Assembly (NCBI RefSeq): GCF_006345805.1
Contig: NC_042998.1
Location: 136,710,001 to 136,774,000, forward strand
Length of the DNA: 64,000 nt
Direction of reading: 5' to 3'
Source: Octopus sinensis
Taxonomy: Eukaryota
Part shown: piece after piece, positions 52,127 to 64,000 of the stretch
Layout of the letters: every line of letters begins with the position of its first letter
How positions within the stretch are numbered: the first letter of the stretch is position 1
Notes under the pieces: model-generated
The model's database searches: none
Seen by the model: the letters and a program-made list of their open reading frames with translations, nothing else
Told to the model about the DNA's origin: nothing
Made by a program: the position numbers and the translations under genes

Positions 52127-54690
52127 AATAGAAGTTGCAAATGAACTGAGAATAGTTTAAATATCTTTTATTGATGTATTTGAAGCTTTAACCAGTTTCA
52201 CATTTTAGACTGATTCTCAAAAAGTTCAAATAGAAACACATGGCCTATATCGCAGCTGCCTTGCTTCTGTCTAGTGTTTGAAGTTTGCCCCGTTTTTATA
52301 GGGAGTTCATGGCTCAAATTAATATATGTTTTGAATAGGATTTGATTGGTAGAGGATAGTTACATGACTGGTCTTATAAATTTTTATAGATTCCCCACTA
52401 CGTCCGTGTTTGGCGTCGTAAGTTAAGGCTGATACAGTTGACTGAAGAAGTCCAAACATCAATGCTCTGAATGTTTTCTGTCAAGGGATAGTAGAGAATG
52501 AACACTTGATTAAGTTTATAACATCCTGTACGTTTTCCGCTACGTCCGGGCGTTAGTGTCACGTGACAGTATATTTTGCGCCTAAAAAAATGCCGACACA
52601 GTTGAGTGAACATTTTTGGTTATAATCAAGGCACTCCAAATTTAATCTATCTGGCGGGAGAGTATACAGGAATCATTTGTATGTAGTCCAATGGTTAAAA
52701 TTTAGGTTGTTAGCTGTGTAGCTTCCTCATGACCATCCTCCCAAAGAAACTACATATAAGACCTTTCGCTAATGAACCCGAACAACAATAAAAACGTAGA
52801 GAAAAGATGGTTCTCGACAAATTCAGAATGGTAACCCAGCTATTACGGCTAAGAGCAAATTCCAACAAAAAAAAGTTTAAAACGATTGATGCACAAATGC
52901 AAACAGAAATTTCAAAAACATCCGAAGACCGAGGAAACATTATTAAACTTTGGAAAGAAAAATATGAACACGAGGAATTAACATATCTTCAACGGTGGGA
53001 GAAAAGTGTTCTTTGGGTCTCCAATTATGAATCTCATTTTAAAAACGAGTACTCTACCGAGAACCCATTCCTAAAGAAAGTTAAAATCCACAAACCTCAT
53101 TCGCCACTGATTAATCAAACACCTAAATATTGAAATTATAGTCACCAATTTCATAAAAACAATTCAAGACTAATTCGACAACAAAATAATCTAAAACAAT
53201 CGAGTTTTTCCCTCCGACTGGACTGAAATTTCCCCCAAACCGAAGACACACACAATGGACAAAAATATCAACTTCAAAGACAATTGCGGAAAGAAACAAA
53301 CACAGTCCAGAACAACAAATGTACAAAATTGATACGAAGGACTGCAAGTTAACAGAGAAAAATCTCCTCGGATATATAAATAGTAATAAAAAAGGAAAAT
53401 TTTGAAAAATCATTTTTTAGATCCCACCGACAGAGTTCTCGACACCAGATGGTACAAACCGAAGATAAGAAAGCTATCGAAAAACTTTCTCAGTAGAAGA
53501 AATTAATATTTTGTCAAAAGGCCTAAACTATACCCCAATACCACAGCACCCTAACTCCAGTAAAATACAGAACGACATTTCACAGTTCTGTAGAAAGCTA
53601 CGCCAAACAGAGGAATTGTGCGATAAAGTGTTCAGCGACGATTCAATTGTAAGAAACAAGAGCAATTACAAACTTAGGAAAGTTAAGAATATAGCTTGAG
53701 ATTAAATTTTGTGATTCTTTTTCTACATTCTACATGAATAAAGAAGTTCCACACCCCCAAGATCAAGCCCAATACAAGTCGAAAGGAATGGGGTATTATA
53801 CATGAACTGAAAAACACTCTACTGAGTGATCACACAGACATATTTGCAAAAAATAAGTCTCCCAAATTCCAGGTCTTCCTACTCTACCTATGTTCAGTGA
53901 ATACCATAGATGAAGCACGGGTAAACAAAGAAAATATTTTCATACAAAAGTACAAGCCAAGACTTAACAAACACATACACAAATAACTATTCACACACAA
54001 AATTCATTTCAACAGAAGACATACACAAATAACTATTCACACATAAAATTCATTCTGCCACTTATCATGAGGAAGATACACAGTTAACAACCTAAATTTT
54101 AACCATTGGACTACATACAAACGATTCCTGTACGCTCTCCCGCCAAACAGATTAAATTTGGAGTGCCTTGATTATAACCAAAAATGTTCACTCAACTATG
54201 CCGGCATTCTTTTTAGGCGCAAAATATACTGTCACATGACACTAACGTACGGACGTAGCGGGAAACGTACAAAAGATTATAAACTTAATCATGTGTTCAT
54301 TCTCTACAATCCCTTGACAGAAAACATTCAGAGCGTTGATTGTTTGGATTTGTTCAGTCAACTATGTCGGCCTTAACTTACGACGCCAAATATTGTCACT
54401 TGATAGTAACACACGGACGTAGTGGGGAGCCTACAACAATATCTAAGACCAAACGTGATATCCTCTACCAATCAAATCCTATTCAACACATATATTAATC
54501 TGAGCCATGAACTCCCTACAAAAACAGGGCAAACTTCAAACACTAGACAGAAACAAGGCAGCTGCGATATAAACCACGTCTTTCTATTTGAAAGTTTTGA
54601 GAATCAGTCTAAAATGTGAAACCGGTTAAAGCTTCAAATACATCAATCAAAGATATTTCAACTATTCTCAGTGCAATTTAAACTTCTATT
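52127..54690 (+). mobile_element. Internally deleted Penelope-like element flanked by ~600-bp inverted pseudo-LTRs
   Basis: 52127-52732 is the reverse complement of 54065-54690. The body has the PLE N-terminal motif LSKGLNYTP (53511) joined near 53815 to the GIY-YIG C-terminus (..LSDH..KENIFIQKYKPRLNK). No RT motifs. Confidence 0.85.
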
Positions 54691-54995
54691 TTTCCTATAT
54701 TTCTACCCGTGTGGAATAAAGTAACTCTATTAGAAAAATATCCCAATTGATATGAAATCCATGTTGCACGATTTTTATCTATCTGTCTATCTGCCTGCCT
54801 GTCTATCTGTCTGTCTCACTTTCTCTGTCTCTGTCGGTCTCTCTCTCTCTCTCTCTAACACACACACGCATATATATATAAAGAGAGAGAGAGAAACAAC
54901 TTTGAAATCTCTCAGCGAGAGATATACAGTAACAGTACAGGATAGCAAAGTTATTTGCCAACACACACACACACACACATATATATGTATATATA

Positions 54996-55044
<49 letters not shown>

Positions 55045-57949
55045 CATATATATATATGTGTTTGTGTGTGTGTGTGTGCGTGTGTGCGTGCGTTCAATAG
55101 CGAATTAAAAGCAGCATTAGTGTTGTAAACATTATCGACCGCATATACTCAATGTATGTTCAGTTTGCTGGTTCGCAGTGGTATAGCGCTTGGGGGACGA
55201 CTCCCGGAACCTTTCTGTTTGGCTGCCGCTATTCAATTTTTGTTCCAATTGATTTCATATTCGGTGTTTTGGAGTAGTTTTGTATGATAATCATTGACAT
55301 GTAATTTATTTTCGCAATAAATCAATAAATAAAAAGTTAATAGCTTTTAAAGTTTACAAAGTTTTGGGTAATTCTAGCCAATCGAAATCGACAGATATAT
55401 AGGTGTCTGTTTCCATAGAAATAAGCCAAGCTGTTACCAAGCTGCATACGCCTCTGCTGTGGTCCTGTCAATTCACGTGGTCAGTTTTTGCTTAATAAAT
55501 GTTTAAAACACTAGGTATAGTGTCTTCGTGAGATGTGCTAAAAATAACAGCTAAATAGGCCTTTAACCGCACACTAAATTTTTTTCTTCGCTTTTGTATA
55601 CTCGTATGAATTCCTGTGTGTAGAATACAAATTCGCAAAGATTTTCAGAAAATTACAAAAAATGAAATAAGTTATGAGGGCCTATATAGCGTGCGTAAAG
55701 CAGAGTTCCGCTAATATTTCAATTTTTTTTTTAAAGGTTGGCAACACGTGATGCCATGTACAGAATGATAGTTAACAAATCCGATCCTGTTTTTTGACTG
55801 GGTAAAAGTAATAAAACTTTAAACCTCTGCAATTTAAAAAAAACCCTCAAAAATTGGAAAAAGTGAATTATCTCCAGCAATTTAGCGTGTAAAAATTACA
55901 TCAACACACCAAATTTTTAAAATTTTCACTAAACTTCAAAATTTCCACAAGTGCAGGCGAACAGAAAAGATCCCGGCTCCCTCGTAACGCTGGGTGTTAA
56001 AACATCTGAAATTTAAAAATCAGGTGAGACAGATCGCCTCCGATCAAATTCATGGGTGATGGTCACTGATATTTCGCTATTTTTGTGACTTATCAACATT
56101 GCGTACCTGAATCGAACCGAATCACAAGTCTTTATCATATTAAAAAAGATATTTAAAACCTCTTTAAAAATTTGCTTACTGAATATAGGTAATGAATACG
56201 ACAAAGGAAGTATTTATTTATTAGAAATTCATCCACAGCCCTCCCAAAATGATTAAATTGTAAAACTTCCTCACTCCCCCTCTGTGTGTGTATGTGTGTG
56301 TTTGCGCGCATGTCCGAGCTTATACTAGCTAAAAGTATTGTATTATAACTAAGAACCTACTCACCAGATAGATAGAGAGATACATACATAGAAATCATAC
56401 ACACGCACACACAAATGGACTAAAGTTATGAGGTAAAGAAGAGAAAGTCAAACAACTAATCCCCCGACCGTATTTTAACTCAAAGCGGAGAGAGCCGGAA
56501 CAAATGCCGCAACGCAGCCTGTCCAACGCTCGAACGACTTTGCTCGCGTTTGTGTATATTTGTGTACGCATGTGCGGGCGTGTATGTCTATTGAATGTAT
56601 TAATGTAATTCTTTCTCTGTATGTCCAATTGTTCGTCTGTGCATATGATTTAGTGTACAACTCTTCCATAGGATAATCAGCTACTTATAAATCATTCTTA
56701 ATTGTAAATAGTGTTTGCAATGTAAATAGTTATTGCTCTGATGATTTCTGCTTGTTAATGTGGCTAGCAGACTGGTTATTAATTTAGAGGTGTCTAGTGA
56801 TTATCCTTTCATTTTCAAAGAATTTCCTCTCCATTCTTGCAAGTAAGGGGGTTAATTAAATCTTGTCCTTTGTAGATGAAAGCCTTGAAGATGCAATCAA
56901 TTCCTCAAATTCTCATAAAGTAACGGATTTATGTGGCTTAGAACGACAAGCGCTCAAAGGATTTGATGAGTAAATCTGTATCATTGTAATACTCCTATGG
57001 TGGACAATACTGTATGCAGCAATGAAGCCACTAATTGGAAATTTATCATTTGTATTTGAAAGAAAATTAATTTTCAATATTGCAATCTCTCACAAAGATA
57101 ATAATTGATTATGAAATTAATTGTTTTGTTCAACAATACAACACACTACCTGACCCATGAATCGAAATCACGTTCGTAAGAACGTGACTGCAACTCCATT
57201 ACCACAAGTCCATGGGATCTAACTTGGCGAACTCCCATTCTGTGGACAGTAAAAGAGATTACTTAATCACAGATAAAATCCCCAAACAAAATTGAAATTA
57301 GTTTGCATGATCTACCTTACTTCTTTTGAATATGTTGTGTATAAAGAAAGAACGCTGACACCACTCAATTATATACAATGCTTGCAAAAAATTCTATCGA
57401 TATAGTCTGTAGTACAGCAAAGCATTGATAAGAAATACCTTTATGTGACAATATTTTATTCGGACCACCTGCCAATAGCGCATTATATATACAAATCGCT
57501 TTATCTGATTTGTCTAAGTCCAAAGATATTATATCAAAGACGGTGTTTAAATCTGTCTTTTATCTAGAATATTGGTAAAATACTACGCACAGATTCTGTA
57601 GTACAGTATAGTATTAAATCCAAATACAATTAACGAACCAGTATTTTAATCACACTTGCTTTCAACAGTGTGCTACATAGGCAAATCGCTATCCGATTTC
57701 TTTACGATTTTAGTATAAGGTGTTTATATCTGTCATTCACAAACCGCATTGGTTTTATTCTTAGTTATATTGTTAGCTATAGAATGGTATAGCACTATGG
57801 TGTGAATGAAAAACTTCCTATTCTAGCGAACATGTAAGTTGTTGATAATGAAGTATTATACAAAGTACATTATTATATATAGTCACAATTGTTGAATCTC
57901 AAGTTTGTAAATACATAAATTAGATTTTGCTCAATACATTTAATTTTTC

Positions 57950-58950
57950 TGAAATTATACTTTTTGCACCTTCAGCAGAAATTATTTGCTATTTTAAAAA
58001 TATCAATTTCATGCATATTCTGCGAAATGTTAACGGTCGGTCTCGTTAAAAGCAGCAGCCATATCTCATTCGAATTGTGCCTTTGTATCTTAAAAGATGA
58101 AGGACGCAATGGATAAGTTGGCCATGAATTCACTAGGCCTGGCAAAAAAGAAATAGATGGGATGGTCACAGTTTGAATGTCTTTGATCATAGTTGTGCTC
58201 AGTGGGAGTTGGCTTGGTGTTAAACGACAACAAAAATAATAGCAACAAGCGAAGCTGCGTGTTTATTCATGATGGAATTCCGTAAAGATACACACGAAAT
58301 CTCAGATAGAAAAACACAAGAAAATAATACGAAAGACTTCCATAAAATTAGAGAAAAGTAATGCAAGAAAATTGTGAAATGTATATTTAATGGAACCTAT
58401 TTTCAATGGACAGGTAACTGACGGACGTACCAATTGAGTCTTACAATACTAACACAAGCATTTCTTATACTGAACAAAACGTATTATAGATACATATAAC
58501 TGCTATAATGTATCATCATACATCAAGTAGTACATTTTTTGCTTCAGAGTCACTGATGCAAATCTGAATGCGCCTGGTCTAAGGCCACTTCCACTACGTC
58601 TCAATTGTTTCAGGCAAAATCTTTGTCAAATGTTCGTCATAGAGAATTTGATGTCAGACTGCACTAGGAAGATACAACTTGAATTTATACAAGCCTTATG
58701 AAAACGAAGTTGGAGCTTTGGCCGGTCACTGATGATATGCATTTGCATATGGATGCGTGGAGCTGGGGAAAATATTTTTGGGGAGACCAGCAATTGCCCA
58801 TACGTGCAAGTTTCCTCTTTCCATGTAACCAATGTTTATAGACGAGATAAGTCAATGACTTGAGTCGATGCAATGTGGCATCAATATCATTGCTACGTGT
58901 CGGGATAGATACCGCAAGGAATCTCGCTCGACCGTCAAACAGTTCTGCCA
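57950..58950 (-). mobile_element. Very old CR1/L2-like LINE relic
   Basis: Weak RT/C-terminal-like fragments (FLPGLVNSW..FK; ..WLHGKRKL). Confidence 0.4.
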
Positions 58951-60302
58951 ATCCATTATTTTTGACAGGTGCTGTTTCGATCGACTCCAAAAGTATGAAA
59001 GGCAAACGAGACCTCGGTGGAATTTGAACTCAGAGCACAGAGAGTATGAATAAATACTGCGTATTCTCTCTAATATCTTTATGTAGGTGAAAACGAAAAA
59101 ATTAAACTAAATCGAAGTCTCGAAACATTTAGTAAAATAGTTGTGAAATTAGAGATATCTACAGATTTGAGAGGCTTCACACAGCCGAAAGGTTTTAATT
59201 TAGTCACAAACATACTCCCAGAACCGCACATGTATATATACACGCACGCTAGTTAGGTTTCATATTCGCGATTGCAAACCACTGAAGCCACGCGATGTAA
59301 CCTCCATTGTGGATGACTATTTCGTCTGCTTTTAGATTGTAGTATTTCTATTTAAGTTCCTCAACAATTTAGATTTCGTGGCCTACCTTGGCCAATAAGA
59401 CATTTCTAATAATCTATATGAAACAGCTTTATCTACTACTTGAGTCATTAATAGGTGACATATAATTGATTATACACAATTTATATGTATGTGAAAAAAA
59501 TTAAATAGCAAATGAATGAATCCCTAAAACCATTTACTTATGAATAAATACTTTTATCTATGTACTGAGTGTTTTCCATATATTCTTTTACTGATATACT
59601 GAGAGCTTTTTTCTTTCGTTTGTGCACACACACATACACAATACACGCACACAAACAAAGACACACACATACATACAAACATCTAAAACGAACTAGATCA
59701 ATTACGAAATTACATTTGCAGGTAGTATAAAAGTATTTCAGGACCGATGTATATTCTTATCTCTATATCCCAATAAATATTCAGATTACTGAATTACAAA
59801 TTAAGAATTTAGTATCTTAAAATCCAGCACATATAATCATGGCACATACATTTACTGAATAGCTGAAAATTTTCTTCAGTAAAGATGGACGTTTAATGCG
59901 AAGCCAGTAAAATATTAGCATAAAAGAAAATTTATCTAAAATATTGCAATATAAAAAATAAGCAACAGAACGTTCTAGAACGTATTAGTTCATGTCATTA
60001 CTATGATATAATAGTGGAGATAACTTTCTAGAAAAGTGCCCCATTTCAATTACTTCTGCCATCTGAGATATGTACTCCATTCTTCCACACGCACAAAACA
60101 TTGAATTCACTAGAAACATAACAAATTTGATAGTCTATTTTCTGCTCGGATAGATAATGGGAAAACATTAACAGAAAGTAAAAAAAGAAAAGCACATTTT
60201 TCAGTGAATCTAGATGTGATGGATAGACTTTTATATTTAGGCACATACAGTCATATGAGCAGTTACGTATATATACATACACATATAACTGCATATATAC
60301 GC

Positions 60303-60381
<79 letters not shown>

Positions 60382-60424
60382 TATATATATTGATTGATTG
60401 TGTGTATGTATGCATGCATGCATG

Positions 60425-60457
<33 letters not shown>

Positions 60458-60459
60458 TA

Positions 60460-60512
<53 letters not shown>

Positions 60513-61107
60513 CGAAAGTGAATGGATTGGCCAAAACATCAGTCTACGTGTTTCCATAGCGTGGTTTATTTGTAATACGAATCTTTTGCATAACGTAAAC
60601 CTTTATGCTGCAGAAAAATAAAGAACTCAAACTTTTGTTCCCTGTAACTCAAGACAATAAATTATCTTCCAGTGATCTGTTTGGTTAAGAATCCAATTGC
60701 ACTTAGAACATCCAATGCAGAGTTCTAAACAACCACAATGATAATATTTATGGATGAACAACTATCATAAACTTGTGTTTACCGCAGTCTCTCCTATATT
60801 TGCTCTGTATATCATAACTAATAATACTACTAAGTATAGTAGTAACTGAACCAATATACTAGAAGTAGACTAGATGATGATAACCTACGTAGAGTTCGAA
60901 ACGTAACGGTAGCATTTGTACAGCTATTTATTGACAACAAACTAAGAACCCCGATGTTCGTCAGATCCCATTAAGCAACCCATTTAAAGTCACGATCAGA
61001 AAAGGTTTTTAATATTTCTATTTTATAAACTGTACAACTCAAGTGAAGTTGGGAGAAGAGTAAGAGAAAATAATTTTATGGAAAAGTTTAAATCCGTTTT
61101 GAATGGA

Positions 61108-61154
<47 letters not shown>

Positions 61155-61189
61155 ATAATAATAATAATATAATAATAATAATAATAATC

Positions 61190-61342
61190 CTTTCTACTAT
61201 AGTCACAAGGCCTGGAATTTGTGGTGGTGTTAAGTCGTTCACATTGACCCCAGTGTTTCATTGGCACTTAATTTATCGACCCGAATGGATGAAAGGTAAA
61301 GTCGACCTCGGCGGAATTAGAACTCAGAACGTAAAGAGTGTA

Positions 61343-61345
<3 letters not shown>
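61190..61345 (-). mobile_element. SINE family A
   Basis: Homolog of 716-912, between (ACT)n/(AAT)n tracts. Confidence 0.8.
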
Positions 61346-61399
<54 letters not shown>

Positions 61400-62319
61400 T
61401 GATGATGGATGATGATGGTAATGATGATGGAGGTGGTAGTGATCGTGATTATGATGATGTTTATAATGATGATGATGTAATTTTACTAAAACTACAGTAG
61501 GAGTTTTTGTATACTAAAAGAGAATGACTCCCCAGACGCAATAAAATACATTAGCAGTTTTCATTTAAATTATTTAAGGTAGGGCTACCGTTTATCTGAG
61601 GTTTTTCAAGATCTGAATGCAACCGAATCCTTTACAAATAACTCTGATTTGTTAAAACGTTTCAATGAATATGCGTTATTACTGTCAACTGTATTGACTC
61701 GCTCATCAAACTATGACGTTATAACCGCCTGCTGATTGGTTAAAATACTGTTCGCAAGATTCAGCCCGGAGCTTATTACAAGGTATTTAAAATACTAATT
61801 CAGACGTGCCACGACAACTGTCAGTTACGAAGCGCAATTGTCTGTTAAAGTTGCTAATATATAGATGCTTAAAGTTGCGGAAAGCATGAAAATACTAGTA
61901 TTATTGTAATATGCAATATTGTAAAATTGTAAAAAATGTAAAAATAAAATGGGGAGATCAGACTAGATTGATCTCGGCATGATTTGAAGGCAGAGTGCAG
62001 AGAACCGGACCAATTAAAAGAAAGTGATTTATTTGCCACTCTGATTATTGAACTAACTGAATACATTTTAGTGGTCTGCTTTTTTTTGGAAGCTATTACA
62101 GTGTGCAAATATAGTACTTTTAAGTATATTTGCTTATTTATAAAAGATGATGTTTACAAACTGTGTGACAAGTATATGTTTAGTTTTGTTTCATCACCAG
62201 CAATGTTCCACAAACTCATAAGTATAAATACCTATGTTCACAACGTGATGTTCGAACAATATCCAATTCGGCTAACGTCACGTTTTCACGAAAGTACCTA
62301 AAACGTTAAACGACGCATG

Positions 62320-62578
62320 ACTGTATGTATGTATGTATGTATGTATGATGTATGTATGTATGTATGTATGTATTATGTATGTATGTATGATGTATGTATG
62401 TATGTATGTATGTATGTATGTATGTATGTATGTATGTATGTATGTATTGTATGTATGTATGTATGTATGTATGTATGTATGTATGTTATGTATGTATGTA
62501 TGATGTATGTATGTATGTATGTATGTATGTATGTGTATGTATGTATGTATGTATGTATGTATGTATGTAGTATGTATG

Positions 62579-62609
<31 letters not shown>

Positions 62610-62623
62610 TGTATGTATGTATG

Positions 62624-62655
<32 letters not shown>

Positions 62656-62656
62656 T
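62320..62656. repeat. Long imperfect (GTAT)n microsatellite
   Basis: Direct reading, with scattered 1-2 nt unit deletions. Confidence 0.95.
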
Positions 62657-63489
62657 GAGTGTACGTGCGTATCTATGTATGAAAAATGTGTGTACACGCA
62701 CACACATACGCACAAACGCACACGCACGTAATCTACCATGCACATGCACACATACATAATTCTTGCGTTTTTATGTTCATTTCTATTACCTTTGCCACCA
62801 TAACACTTCTACGACTTCATTTATATTTCTGTAGACGGAAATATTAATTAAATATTGGCTTTGAAAGAATATTTGATTAAGGCAGCTGCTAAGGAATTAT
62901 GTATTTGATATCATTTGTTATTTGTGCAGGAAATAACAAAAATAACAAGATGACATATCTCTAATATAAATGGCGTCTATTATGCAAAATGTGTATGCAA
63001 ACAGACATTTACGAATTCATATTGAAGCTAAAATCTAAACAGACCAAAATATGAAATTATTTCTGAAGGTTTGACAGGATATTGTTAAATATAATAACTA
63101 GTAGAGGGCTTTCAAATTATTGAGAAGACGATGGAGAAAAAATGTAACTGAACAAACTTTATGAGTTTTCTAAAGGACATTAGCGATAAATGTGACGTGA
63201 AATAGGTTGTTCTAAAAGTTGAAACATTGTAACAACAAGCTTACAGTATGATTACTTCTACAGAATAGAGTTCTTTTGATAAACCATAATAAAGTATATT
63301 TGTCTGATTCAGATATATAGTGTTGAAATAAAGATTTCCTTCTCTTTTTACTGATGTAGATGCATATAGTTATAATTCCTCATTCTAAAAAAAAAAAGAA
63401 AAAGATTACCACGCCAACATTGCCAAATTTTGACTTATCACTCTCTCATCAAAGATCAGATCTCTAAAGTGATATAAAGAATTATTAAT

Positions 63490-63660
63490 AATCCTTTCTA
63501 CTATAGGCGCAAGGCCTGAAAATTTGAGGGAGGGGCTAGTCTATTACATCGACCCATTGCGTAACTGGTACTTATTTCATCGACTTCGGAAGGATGAAGG
63601 CAAAGTCGACCTCGGCGGAATATGAACTCGGAACGTAAGGACAGACGAAATGCCGCCTTA
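63490..63660 (-). mobile_element. SINE family A
   Basis: Homolog of 716-912. Confidence 0.8.
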
Positions 63661-64000
63661 AGAATTATAAATAATAATGTTGATAATCCCGTTTAGATTC
63701 CAGTCCCTCTTATTCTGATCTACATCCTAGATTTTTCCCATTTTCATTCCATCTCAGCGACAAACTTGGAATTCAATATTCATTTCGGTTGCATACTTTT
63801 CTCCAATTTAAGAGAGCCTAAAGAACCAATGATATTGCCTTTTTTCTCCTCTCTTTAGGTTACACTATGTGTGATAATTAAAATTTATAATATTATTTGT
63901 ATATGAAATAACAACTTCTAAAAATACATTTTAGAAATATGAATGATCTTATACAATAATGTATAAATTCATTAACCTGGTATAGCATGCTCTTATCATA

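Noticed and set aside
55100-56200. piggyBac-like MITE ending gggtgttaa
   Set aside because: No matching TIR or transposase remnant found.
63830-63910. Strong polypyrimidine acceptor (ttttttctcctctctttag) as the next exon of the host gene
   Set aside because: All three frames stop within about 16 codons and no donor follows.

Overview
Eukaryotic, AT-rich, microsatellite-dense genomic DNA with no prokaryotic features. The repeat landscape (abundant tRNA-derived SINEs, Penelope-like elements, CR1, RTE, R4-type and Tx1-type LINEs, mariners) suggests an octopus or other cephalopod; that is an inference and was not checked against a database. Only one host coding exon is supportable: 15678-16261 (+), encoding a signal peptide plus coiled coil and ending in a clean AAG|GTAAGA donor. 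I found no further exon in the ~48 kb downstream. The rest is nested mobile DNA. Main observations: (1) About a dozen hammerhead-ribozyme (HHR) motifs of the minimal type, with a palindromic stem III. They include two young, apparently non-coding units of ~500-560 bp (6556-7725 and 47674-48918), each present as an inverted copy plus a more-than-one-unit, circularly permuted tandem copy, which resembles retrozymes or Penelope pseudo-LTRs. (2) A restriction-like-endonuclease retrotransposon family whose truncated copies abut (CATA)n microsatellites. (3) A CR1-type LINE whose ~1000-codon ORF2 is broken only by two single-A deletions in A-runs. Most ORF-track entries are microsatellite translation artefacts. 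Repeat boundaries were read by eye and are approximate unless exact motifs are quoted.
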